From Isurus oxyrinchus (lineage: Eukaryota), in NCBI GenBank assembly GCA_026770705.1, contig JANJGN010000018.1, positions 80,166,001 through 80,230,000 on the forward strand: a DNA stretch of 64,000 nucleotides. The letters are read 5' to 3'. Within the stretch, counting starts at the first letter, position 1. Each line of letters begins with the position of its first letter. The notes under the pieces were generated by a model that did no database searches, had not been told where the DNA came from, and worked only from the letters and a program-made list of their open reading frames with translations. The position numbers and the translations under genes are program-made. This document shows, piece by piece, positions 28,985 through 39,921 of this stretch.

Positions 28985-29448
28985 ACACAAAAACAGAATT
29001 ACCTGGAAAAACTCAGCAGGTCTGGCAGCATCGGCGGAGAAGAAAAGAGTTGACGTTTCGAGTCCTCATGACCCTTCGACAGAACTTGATTTCGAGTCCA
29101 AGAAAGAGTTGAAATATAAGCTGGTTTAATGTGTGTGTGTGGGGCGGAGAGATAGGGAGAGAGAGTGGTGGTTGTGTAGACAAAAAAGCAGTGATAGAAG
29201 CAGATCATCAAAAGATGTCAGCCAACTCCCTCTCTCCCTATCTCTCTGCCCCACACACACACATTAAACCAGCTTATATTTCAACTCTTTCTTGGACTCG
29301 AAATCAAGTTCTGTCGAAGGGTCATGAGGACTCGAAACGTCAACTCTTTTCTTCTCCGCCGATGCTGCCAGACCTGCTGAGTTTTTCCAGGTAATTCTGT
29401 TTTTGTTTTGGATTTCCAGCATCCGCAGTTTTGTTTTGTTTTTATCTC
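28985..29448. mobile_element. Penelope-like element: inverted pLTR pair with hammerhead-like motif
   Basis: Near-perfect inverted arms (~28988-29165 and ~29227-29405). 13-bp TSD TGTGTCATCACTA at 28972-28984 and 29449-29461. Confidence 0.85.
29311..29341 (+). ncRNA. Minimal type I hammerhead-ribozyme-like motif (mirror copy 29052-29082 on minus; third copy 32241-32271)
   Basis: CUGUCGA-A-[GGGUC AUGAG GACUC]-GAAAC-GUC, with flanking AGUU/AACU able to form stem I. Penelope pLTRs are known to carry minimal hammerheads. Confidence 0.6.
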
Positions 29449-29889
29449 TGTGTCATCACTAGTTCATTTTGGAGTCAAATATGGCATTAAGGTGTGAACA
29501 ACCGGTGGGAGAGGAATAGAATCAATTGCTATGGAATGGAATTTGAAGAGGTGAACAGAAGACAATGGCTTAGTCTCCCAATATAAAATTGGAGGGAATT
29601 TCTGTTCATCCAGTACTAGATGTCGGATAAGCAGTCTGTAGTTTAGAGACAGTTGAGGAGTCTAGAAATCATGGGGAGGTGGAGCTGGATACTGTTAGTG
29701 TGCATGTGAAAACTGATGCTGTGCTTCTGGATGATGTTATCAAGGGGTAGCATGTACATGAGAAATAGGAGGGGGAAAAGGATAGATCCGTGGGGGACAC
29801 CTGAGGTTACAGACAGAAGAGATGCCAACTGTAATTGGTATCACAAGCAAACCCCATATGATCCTCTACAACACCCAGTGGCCACATCC

Positions 29890-30045
29890 GAAAGCAACAT
29901 ACTGCAAATGCTGGAAATCTGAAATAAAAACAGAAAATTGTGGAAATACTCAGCATCAAGGTCATCAACCTGAAATGTTAACTTTGTTTCTTACTCCCAG
30001 ATGCTGCCAAATCTGCTGACTATTCCAACATTTTCTGTTTTTATT
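29890..30045. mobile_element. Older, diverged Penelope-like inverted terminal fragment
   Basis: tgctggaaatctgaaataaaaacagaaa...cattttctgtttttatt form inverted ends similar to 28985-29448. Confidence 0.6.
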
Positions 30046-30650
30046 TAATCCAGTGCACATAAGTTTTCCAGCACAGGGACATTATTGAATAGTCAATGGA
30101 CATGGTTGTTTCATTTTTTTCTTCTCGTCTGCAGCTCAAGGCATAGAGGCTAATTATAGTGCCCATTCTCTCCCTCCAGCTGAGATCAACTAACCCAACA
30201 GGAACTCGAACCTGAAAACTTCCAGATCGGAATGACTCAGGGCTCCACCAGGTGGTGCTGTTGCTCAGTGAAACATCAGGGAGCACTTACAAATAATTTT
30301 TGAGGCAAAAGGAAATAAATATCTGTATGTTGTAAAATCAATTGCAATCCCACCTGTCTATTCAAGTAAAAATGTTTCTCTCCTTTTTCAAACAACTGAT
30401 TTGTTGTTGGTAACACACTCAGCAGTTTTACCATTGGGCATCTCAGCCCTTTCAGCCAGTTCCAGGTTCCAGTCCCTGGATCCAACCTCCCTCCCAATCA
30501 CCGGATACAAGTAACTCGTTTTTTCCCTGTATTTTTGCTGAGATTCTGTTTGAAATGATATTCTCCTCCCCCAACCTTCACACATTCATATATTAGCATC
30601 AGCAAAGTTATGGCTAAGTATGTTAAATACTATTATATTTTCTGTTTTAT

Positions 30651-31265
30651 GTCTCAAAATCTTGATCTGGGAAATTCTAGTGATGCCTCACCTTGCTGTG
30701 GACACAGAAAACAACATCACAATGGGTTTCCGCCTTCATGACCTCCCATTCCAATTCAACCCAATTTCAAGCCTGGAAATTCCCTACATTTCAAATAAAC
30801 TGGATGAAATGAAAGGAGGAAAGGACACAGTTATTGCCATCACCATATGGCCCCATTTCAGTCACATTCCAGAAGAACCACATATCTCGACACTACAGGG
30901 AATCAGGGGCCTATTCTACAGTTGATATGCACAAGTCCGGATATAGGGGTTGTGATAAAGACAGCCAACGTTCAGGACCATTCACAAGATGTCAGTCTGT
31001 ACAACAGTGACGCTCAGAAGGGAAAAACAGTGAAAACTGGGAAACAAGAATTCTGCTCCCAACTGTTTTTTCCTTCTGGGTGATGCTCCTACCAACCGGA
31101 TTTAGTGATGAGGAAGATGTTCACAGGCATCAATGTGGCATTTCTGGATGCCTGGGAGATGACAATAGCACATTAGCTGCCAAATAACTTACACCCAAGT
31201 GAGTCATTATAAAGAATGAAATAGATGTGTTTCTTTCATATGTGTGTCCTTCCAAAAAGAGGTAA
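30651..31265 (+). pseudogene. NXPE3: NXPE3-like terminal exon, copy C (acceptor AG>AT, frameshifts, hairpin insertion, stop)
   Basis: Preceded by ttttctgttttAT. Encodes PHLAVDTENNITMGFRLH...[20 protein letters not shown] and ends [19 protein letters not shown]. Confidence 0.85.
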
Positions 31266-32123
31266 AAACTGATTTAGATCTATTCCAACCAAATTTGGGT
31301 ATCATGTGATTCAAAATCTAAATGGCATCATCAGAACTCTTGGCTTTCTCCAATTGCCTTTCATGTGCTTTTTTTAAACATTTATTTATTTTTGAATTAT
31401 TCATGTATGAAAGATTTATTGTGGCTCTAACCAAATGAGATGTTTGTTTTTGTTGTGTATAAATGTTATACTCTAACTGGAGCGAGGGTGATGGAGTTTG
31501 TCCATTTAAAAGCACTGCTCTACATGGTTATTTACTGTATTGCGGAGAGGATTTTCCCAAAACCAGGTAGAGTAGAACATTGTTCTGTGTTGCTGGGAGT
31601 GAGGCAACTCAACCTCCCTCATTATCAATGAGACTTCACTCAGTTAACTGAAGAAAACTAAATAGAAATCTCAGGATACAGAGGGTGAGGAAGAAACACA
31701 CTGAAGCTCAAGTGTGTAGTAGAATCTGAACCTCAGGTTAAAGATTCTGAGGGAGTGAGGACTGGGAAAGACCTGTGGAGATGGAGAATGGGAAGTGAGG
31801 CAGCTTTGAATTTCTGTTTGGAACATTGAAAGAAACCTACAAGCAATGAAAAGATTTGTGAGGGAGAAGAGAAAGTCTGTTGTTTGATTTCTCTTCCAAC
31901 CCATAGACACAAAAAGAGGGAAAAATAGTGAACAAAATTAGCAGAAATATTGAAGTAACAAAAAGTTAAAGTAACAATGTTAATAAATTGAAAAACAAGG
32001 AGGATTTTCATTAGGAATACAGTTCAGGGATGACAGTGTAAACTTTGAGCTGTTTCCATTGTGTGCATTAATCCACCTAGTCCTCGTTAAGTCTTCCAGT
32101 ACCAAACTATCCCTGAAACACAG

Positions 32124-32335
32124 AGATAAAAACAAAAAAACTGCAGATGCTGGAAATCCAAAATAAAAACAGAATTACCTGGAAGAACTCAGCAGGTCCG
32201 GCAGCATCAGCAGAGAAGAAAAGAGTTGACGTTTCGAGTCCTGTCGAAGGGTCATGAGGACTCGAAACGTCAACTCTTTTCTTCTCCGCTGATGCTGCCG
32301 GACCTGCTGAGTTCTTCCAGGTAATTCTGTTTTTG
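32124..32335. mobile_element. Penelope-like fold-back insertion
   Basis: Inverted arms meet at ~32241. 16-bp TSD TATCCCTGAAACACAG at 32108-32123 and 32336-32351. Confidence 0.85.
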
Positions 32336-32679
32336 TATCCCTGAAACACAGTTTGAAACTCAAAACATCAGGGTGGTTACTATCCACCTTGTGTGTCACC
32401 CCATTCGAGGTCAGTATTTTAGCTTACATCTTGCTGAAGGACATTCTGGTCCTTCTTAAACAATTGCATAGGTAGGGGGTACAGAAGATGCCATCTTAAC
32501 TTAGGAATGTCAACATGAACTAAGTGACCTTGCCTGTTTCCACAGAGTGTTTAAAACTGTTTTACTACTGCATGGTGTAAAATGCTTATAATTGTGGAAT
32601 TCTCAACCAGTAACTCTGTTTTTCCATTGATGCTGCCAGACCTGCAGTGGCTGGAGGAGATGCTGAGGCTCATTCTGTC

Positions 32680-34008
32680 CAGAAGTTACCCTACTTTTGT
32701 ATTCAATTCCCCTCACATTAAACAATGACATTCAATTAGTTTTCCTAAGGACTTGCTGTACCTGAATACTAACCTTTTGTGATTCATGCATGAGGACACT
32801 GTAAGATTTCTGGTTTCGGGACCACAGATACCTAAAAAGGCACTCAACTAGTCATAAGTACTTTTAGGATATTTTATTGAGTTTATTAAGAAACAACAGT
32901 TTAGATTTGATACATTAACAAATTAGACAGAAAATGTATAAGACCCATAACAGCTTGCGATAACAACATTTTGCTTTCTAGTTGAAGTGTTAGGAAACTC
33001 TTCCCTCGATCTCTTGATCTTCCTCCTCCTCCTCTGGTCCATCTTCCTCCTGAGGAAGGCAGCTGCTCAATGAGCACTGTCACCTCATCAGCACCTCAGC
33101 CTCTCAGCAGTACCTCAGCCCACTACCACCTGTATGATGCCAATCTCTATACCCTTTTTTGGGGGCTGGTAGCTTACCCAGCATCAATCATCTATCTAAT
33201 GATTCTGACTAATGGATACAGGAGAGGTACTCAAAACACCAGGGTGGTTACTATCCACCTTGTGTGTCACCCCATTCGAGGTCAGTATTTTAGCTTACAT
33301 CTTGCTGAAGGACATTCTGGTCCTTCTTAAACAATTGCATAGGTAGGGGGTACAGAAGATGCCATCTTAACTTAGGAATGTCAGCATGAACTAAGTGACC
33401 TTGCCTGTTTCCACAGAGTGTTTAAAAATTGTTGCCATTTTAGAGAGCTTTTTAGAGGGTGTTATATTATGCAGAAAATATCTGTTTATTCAAGACCCCA
33501 ATTTTTTACAGCACCCAGATCCTTCTGAATCTCAGCACTCTGCAACCTCTCACCATTTAGATAATAAGCTTCTTTTTTATTCTTTTTGCCAAAATGGTCA
33601 ATTTCACATTTGCCCATACTATGCTCCATTTGCCAGATCTTTGTCCACTCACTTAATCTATCTATGTCCTTTTGTCCTTATGTCTTCTTCACAATTTACT
33701 TTCCTACCTATGCTTGTGTCGCCAGCAAATTTAGTATCTTCATCCAAGTCATTTATATAAATTGTAAAAAGTTGAGGCCCCAACACTGATCCCTGTCATC
33801 ACCATTTGTCACATCCTGCCAACCAGAAAAAGACCCATTTATGCCAATTCTCTGCTTTCTTTATCCAGCCAATCTTCTATCCATGCCAATATGCTACCCC
33901 CTACACCATGAGCTTTTATCTTTTGCAACAACCTTTGATGTGGCGCCTTATCAAATGTCTTCTGGAAATCTAAGTGCAGTACATCCATTGGTTCCCCTTT
34001 ATCCACAG
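32680..34008 (-). mobile_element. CR1 RT fragment hosting the solo LTR
   Basis: ORF 33839-34042 VDKGEPMDVLHLDFQKTFDKAPHQRLL. The sequence ggacac|ccagatcc is continuous across the LTR. Confidence 0.8.
32800..33510 (-). mobile_element. Solo LTR, same family as 22485-23210
   Basis: Ends TGTAAG...TTTACA with flanks ACAC/GCAC (imperfect 4-bp TSD). Collinear similarity to the 22.5-kb LTR. Confidence 0.78.
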
Positions 34009-34864
34009 TTGCCCATCTAAGCTGACCTGCATCTCCTTCCACCCATTGGTTGCACTCTTATGCAGCACCTGTGCCTGTCCAACATTAGGCTCCTCTCACT
34101 TTTGATTTGCACAGCATAGTGGTCATTTTTGATTAACTCCCTGTCCTTTCCCCTCCCCCAGTCACCCATGCCCTTTCCCCCATCACAGTCAAACCCCCAC
34201 CCCTCGGCATCACCTTTGACCTCCTCACCATTACCCTATAGCCCAAATGCTTCTCGTTAATGGATGTCCAGGTGAACGTGCACATTCCTTACCTTCTTGA
34301 AAACTCCACCCCCAACCACCTTGACCTCCACTTCCTCCTTCCTACCACCAGGTGCCTCCGTGACCCCGCCCTTGCCGCCCCTTATACCAGTACCAACACA
34401 CCCTCACTCTCCTACCCTACCGGCTCCTTCTGCTGTCTTTCACACTCACCATTCCCTCCTACCACACCCACCCTGAGTTCACTCCCCAGGGGGCTCACAT
34501 TGACTCCACAGACCCCTCTCTTTCACATTCACCTGGACGTTTCGCCCCTACCTTAAACATTCCTCCCATCTTATCTATCCCTCCTCTGTACACCCCCTTT
34601 ACACCTTCCTCCTCCCTACACCTTCCCCCCACAACCTCACTCCCTCTTGACACCTTTGCCCCCTGCCTCCCAACCTCATCCCCGCCTTTGCCCACCCCCC
34701 TCACAAACTTACTCCCCCAATACCTTTGTGCCCCCTTCCCAACCTCAAACCCCACCCAGTAACATCTTTGTCCCTCCTCCCTCACAACATTACACCTTCC
34801 TCTCACACTCACACCCCGACCTTTGTCACCCCCACCAACTCCCTTCACCGATCATCCATACCTG

Positions 34865-35034
34865 CCCATGGTGAAGGCCCTGGAAGATGGCATGAGCACA
34901 ACAAGACGTTCCTGGAAGATGGCACGAATCCATGGCGAAGCCCCGGAAGATGTCGCGAACCCATGGCGAAGTCCCTGGAAGATGGAATGAGCCCATGGCA
35001 AAGTCCCTGGAAGATGGCGCGAACCCATGGCCAA
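34865..35034. repeat. 32-bp minisatellite (~5.3 units) inside a probable Harbinger-derived remnant (~34010-35580)
   Basis: Units start at 34865, 34897, 34929, 34960, 34992 and 35024; consensus CCCATGGCGAAGTCCCTGGAAGATGGCRCGAA. Confidence 0.85.
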
Positions 35035-35863
35035 GAACCTGAAGTCTGAAGCAGGACCAAAGCATCAGTGACGTCCATGAAGATCCAGCGCCTCAGCAAA
35101 GATGAAACCGCTGCTTGGAGACCTCTCACCTTCTGAGAGTTGCTTTGCAGTGGAGCCATGTGCACGAGGATCCACCCAGCATGTGGTGCATGTGTTCCTC
35201 CAGGGTCTGATAGCTGTAGGCCTCCAGCATCTTCTTCTCCTCTGATGTCCACAATCTGAGAAAGGCCCTAACGGTAAGCCCTGACTTCTGCACGTCACAC
35301 TTGTCCAGATGTGCCCTGGGCTGGCATGTTTTCTCGCCGGCTTAATGGTAAATCTGAAGTGGGGGGACGATTCTGGTTGCATACTTTGCATCCATTAGTG
35401 GGATGTAAATTGGTTTCATGCTGGCCTCCAGTGGAATTCATGATCCGCCATTGACAGAAACCATCGGATAACCCTGTTATGATTTCACGCTGGGGTGAAA
35501 CCGATTTCTGTCCCTCCTGCTGAATTCTCCCCCCACCCACCATGATACCTACTGCAAATGGGAGCGCAAAATTCCTCCTCATATTACAATGGACTTTTGA
35601 GGAGGACTTTTAAAACAAACGGAATGCAACCACATGCCTCAGTGTAAAAAGAGCAATAACCTACATGCGTCACAAAGTATTCTTCACATTTGGCCTAGGA
35701 TCAATTTCAAAAACAGTACAGCTGTAGGGCATCCATATTTAAAGGAAAATAGTACATTCATTTAAAAAGCACGTCCAGAAATCTTGTAGCTTAGATTGTT
35801 AATCTCTTCATTCTGTCATGTAATATGAATCGCATGATTACCAAGTTTGATCTAAAAAAGTAC

Positions 35864-36417
35864 TTAACTCTTTTCCAAAGGACATACATATGAAAGAAGC
35901 ACATCTATTTCATTCTTTATAATGACTTGCTGGGGATGTAATTCAAGTGGCAGATAATCTGCTATTGTCATCTCCCAGGCATCCACAAATGACACATTGA
36001 TGCCCTCAAACATCTTTCTCATCACTAAGTCTAGTTGATAGGAATACCAGTCACTGTTGTAGAGACTGATGTCCCGTGGAAGGGCCTGGACATTGGCAGT
36101 CTTTATTACAACCAGTGTGTCTGGACTCCTGTCCAGCAATCGTAGAATTGACCTGCGGATGTTCTGGAACCTTCGGATGTAAGGTTCAACTGGAAAAGTG
36201 TTGAAATGACACCATATGGTGAAGGCTATAATGGTGCTCTTTCCTCCTTTAATCTCATCCAGTTTATTTGCAATGAATGGTAGATCCTGACTCAAAATAT
36301 GTAAGATACGGATGGGTTTGCCATGGGCATAATATTCCACTTTGATCTTGTTGTCTATATCCAAAGCAAGATGAGGGCCGGTTTTTTAAGAATTGCCGAG
36401 ATCAAATTCCCTCAGAC
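35864..36417 (-). pseudogene. NXPE3: NXPE3-like terminal exon, copy D (single early TAA, otherwise open)
   Basis: Acceptor ttctattttAG, then GLREFDLGNS*KTGPHLALDIDNKIKVEYYAHGKPIR...VDAWEMTIADYLPLELHPQQVIIKNEIDVLLSYVCPLEKS*. Confidence 0.88.
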
Positions 36418-37184
36418 CTAAAATAGAAGATGTCACATCATTTAACTTGATGCTGAAATGTAATTCCGTGAATAAAAATTAACAGGCATAGAATAGACAA
36501 ATCACTTAGAATCTCAGTTGTTAAATTAGAGAGTCTCTCATCTCTCAAACTACTCTACCTAAACCATCAACTTCATATAAGGATGGGGTGATCAGGAGGA
36601 CAAGCCAGCAGCCAGGTTAAATAATTGAGACAGGCAGATCAATAAATGTTCTGAGAAGCATTCAGAGGAAACAGGCAGGCGGGCTAGTGGACTGGTAAGT
36701 AATTGAGGTGACAGCCAGTGGTTACGCGAGGAAGAACTTGGATAACTGGGTAAACAGAAGGGTTAAAACCACTCAGACTGAACAGCTATGTATGTTAGCA
36801 GATTCAGAGGCACCCAGGGCAGAACAATCTGCTGACGATAGGCAAACTAGTGGATACGTAACTGGGAGGCTCTGTCGGTGGATGGGACAATTTTTGCAGA
36901 AAGTTATTTGGGATGGGGCCTCTACCCTTCCCAAGCAAGGTAATGAGCATCAAAGGTGATAGGGCCAGATAAGTGAAAACAGCTTGCATTCATAAAGTAA
37001 TCTTAACTTATAAAAACCTGCAGAACACAGAAGCATAATCAGGCAAAAATTACAGAGAGGTGATCAAATGTTGGGTCAAAGAGTTGGGTTTAAGGAGTCT
37101 TAAAAGGAAGAGAAGGAGATGGAGAGGAAGAGAGGTTTAGGTTGTACCTTCCAAAACCTGGGGCCCAGATGATGAAGGCATTTA

Positions 37185-37566
37185 GGGGGAGGCAGTGATG
37201 TAGTGACATTGTCACTGAACTATTAATCCAGAGGTGCAGGGTAATACTCTGGGGACCTGGGTTTGAATACCTTCATGGCTGATGGTGAAAAATGAATTCA
37301 ATAAAAATCTGGAATTAAAAATCTAGTGATGGCCATAAAACCATTGTCGATTATCATAAAAACTAATGCCCTTTAGGGAAGGAAATTTGCCCTCCTTACC
37401 TGGTCTGACCTATATGTGACTCCAGACCCACATCAATATGGTTGACTCTTAAATGCCTCCTGAAATGCCTAGCAAGCCACTCAGTTCTCAAGAGCAATTA
37501 GGGATGGGCAATAAATGTTGGCCTAGCCAGCGATACCTCATCCCATGAACAAATACAAAAAAAAAA
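37185..37566 (+). mobile_element. Full-length tRNA-derived SINE with LINE-derived 3' tail
   Basis: Head with A/B-box-like motifs (GGGTTTGAATACC at ~37260). The tail agggatgggcaataaatg...catcccatgaa plus A-run matches the LINE end at 39360-39423. Confidence 0.85.
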
Positions 37567-39054
37567 TGGTGTAGCAAAGGGAATGGGAGATTCACAGGAA
37601 GCCAGAGTCAGTGCAATGAAATAATTGTGAGATCAGAAGACAAGAAAAATCAGCAAATACAGCAGCTGTGAGTGAGTCAAACCTTTTGTGTGTTAGGACA
37701 GTTCAGCAGAGTTTTAGAGGAGCTGGATGTGGGGTTTGTCGTGTTCGTATGAATGATTGGTGTCTTTATATCATTATAAGGGATAGCATAAACACGCTGT
37801 GGGTTTACTTCAAAATGTTTACTCAATCCCTTATGAGTGATTGGTGCTCATATATCATTATAACAAAACAACAGGGTTGGAGCCAACAGTTAAGCTAGGA
37901 AGCGCCCACATATGTTGGTGAATGAAAGGGCAAAGAACCACTCAGAATGAGTGCCTGTGTGACCATCCAGGAAAGTTACAGGAGGATCTGAAAGTGATAA
38001 AGGCAACAATGAGGGTTTCAACAGAAGATGGTCTAAAGTATAGAAGATATTATGGTGGTAGAAGTAGGTAGCCTTTGCGATGAGGAGGATATGTGATTAG
38101 AGTTCAATTTTGGGTCGCATTGGGTGTGATCAGTTAAGAATATAAAAACATAATATAAGAAATAGAAGCAGGAGTAGACTATATGGTCCATTAAGCCTGC
38201 CACACCATTCAATTCATTCACTTCAACTTGAGACAGTGGCCAGATAGGGAGATGAAATTGAAGAACAATATGGAATTGGTGGCGAGGGCCGAAGAAACTG
38301 GCTTCAGTTTTTCCAATGCTTACTGGGAACTAAATGCAAGTCAGTCGGGATGATGTTAGGTAAACAATCTGACATCAGAAACAGTGGAGAATTTGAGAGA
38401 GGTGATGCAGAGGAAGAAAAGGCTGTCATCAACATATACGTGGAAACTGACCCCATGTCTTCAGATGATACCACAAAGGGGCAGCATGTAGATTGTGAGA
38501 AGGAGAGGGTCAAGGATAGGGGCTTGGGAACTCCAGAAGGAAACAAGTGGAATGGAAAGGGCGGGCATTGCTCTGGAGATTAGGTAAGTAAGATCGGGAC
38601 CAAGTAGGGATGAACAATGGAGGAGATGTGCAGGAGTATGGTGTGGACAGTAGCATCAAATGACGTAGAGAGGTTAAGAAGAATAAGGAGGGATAATGCA
38701 CCATAGTTGTAGTTAAGACAATATCATTTGCGATTTTGATTGGAGCCAATTGGATCTAACTTCCCCATTATTTTGACAATTTTATTTTTTATGTCTGGCT
38801 AGTTTTCAGTTCAGAAGTCAAAAAATGCAATAATGATCAGCTTTGTGCTGCATACATGAGCCTCATTTTTAGAATGATATAATCATAGGGCTGGAAACTG
38901 TGCTGGCTGCTTTGAGGACTTGAAAAAGTTTAGAGAGGCAGGACTTCCACCTCTCTCACTACAGTCTGTTAGTGCACCTATGTTAATTGATAGGAACAGA
39001 GTCATTTACAATTTGCTGATTGGCACCACAGCCACAAATATCACTCCGTCCATC

Positions 39055-39423
39055 ACCGACGCACAGTAGCAGCAGTGCGAACCATCTACAAGATGTACTG
39101 TAAGAATTCACCAAGGCTCCTTCGACAGCATCTTCCAAACTCACGACCACTGCCATCTAGAAGGACAAGGGAACACCATCACCTGGAAGTTCCCCTCCAA
39201 GTCACTCACCATCCTGACTGGGAAATATATCACTGTTCCTTCGCTGTCGCTGGGCCGAGATCCTGGAACTCCCTTCCGAACAGCACTGTGGGTGTCCCTA
39301 CACCACATGGACTGCAGCGGTTCAAGAAGGCAGCTCAGCACAACCTTCTCAAAGGCAACTAGGGATGGGCAATAAATGCTGGCCCAGCCAGCAAAGCCCA
39401 CATCCCATGAATAAATTTTTAAA
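39055..39423 (+). mobile_element. 3' end of the CR1/Jockey-group LINE family
   Basis: ORF 39075-39362 ends WNSLPNSTVGVPTPHGLQRFKKAAQHNLLKGN*, followed by the tail shared with the SINE. Confidence 0.85.
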
Positions 39424-39921
39424 AATTAAATATTCGGCGTCCTTGCCCTGTAGGGAACTCAATGGAGAATCCTGCTCTGATGAAATGGTAGATAATCATA
39501 ATGGCATAATCCCACAGTGAAAAACCATTCAAGGTCTGAAGAAAATAGTTGTGCCATTTCTATCAGAGATCAGCCGAGGAAGCCATTAGACAGAAAAACA
39601 GATTTGCATTTACATAATGCCTTTCGCAACCTCGGGATGTCCCAAAGTGTTTTACCATCAACAAGTTACTTTTTGGTATGAAGTATAACCACCGTTTTAC
39701 TGTAGGACATCAATTCCTCTAAGATCAATTACTTTGCTTCCTTGCATTCATGAAACCTAATACCTAGCCCTGCACTTAGGAAGTGTGAGTCCTAATTGGT
39801 CATTTCAAGTGCTGCACAAGACAGAATGCCCTAAATGCAGCCATGATGGCGTCTCATCAATTTAACTGGAGCCATCCTAAGAAGCACTTGAACCCTAGAT
39901 TGAAGCCTTCTCTCAACACAT

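Larger units (their letters stand above)
28720..29810 (-). mobile_element. L2 LINE fragment interrupted by a Penelope insertion; further L2 pieces at ~19.4-19.7, 21.6-21.95, 37.0-37.2 and 38.0-38.75 kb
   Basis: ORFs GVPHGSILFPLLFLMYMLPLDNIIQKHSISFHMH (29643-29828) and AETLIHTFVASIPDYSNALLPGLP (28727-28957). Confidence 0.78.

Noticed and set aside
34865-35034. CRISPR-like repeat/spacer appearance
   Set aside because: The intervening parts are mostly copies of each other, there are no cas genes, and the DNA is vertebrate; it is a minisatellite.
37185-37275. Functional tRNA genes (also 27832, 39922, 63864, ~30200)
   Set aside because: No complete cloverleaf is present; the heads are truncated or run into SINE/LINE bodies.
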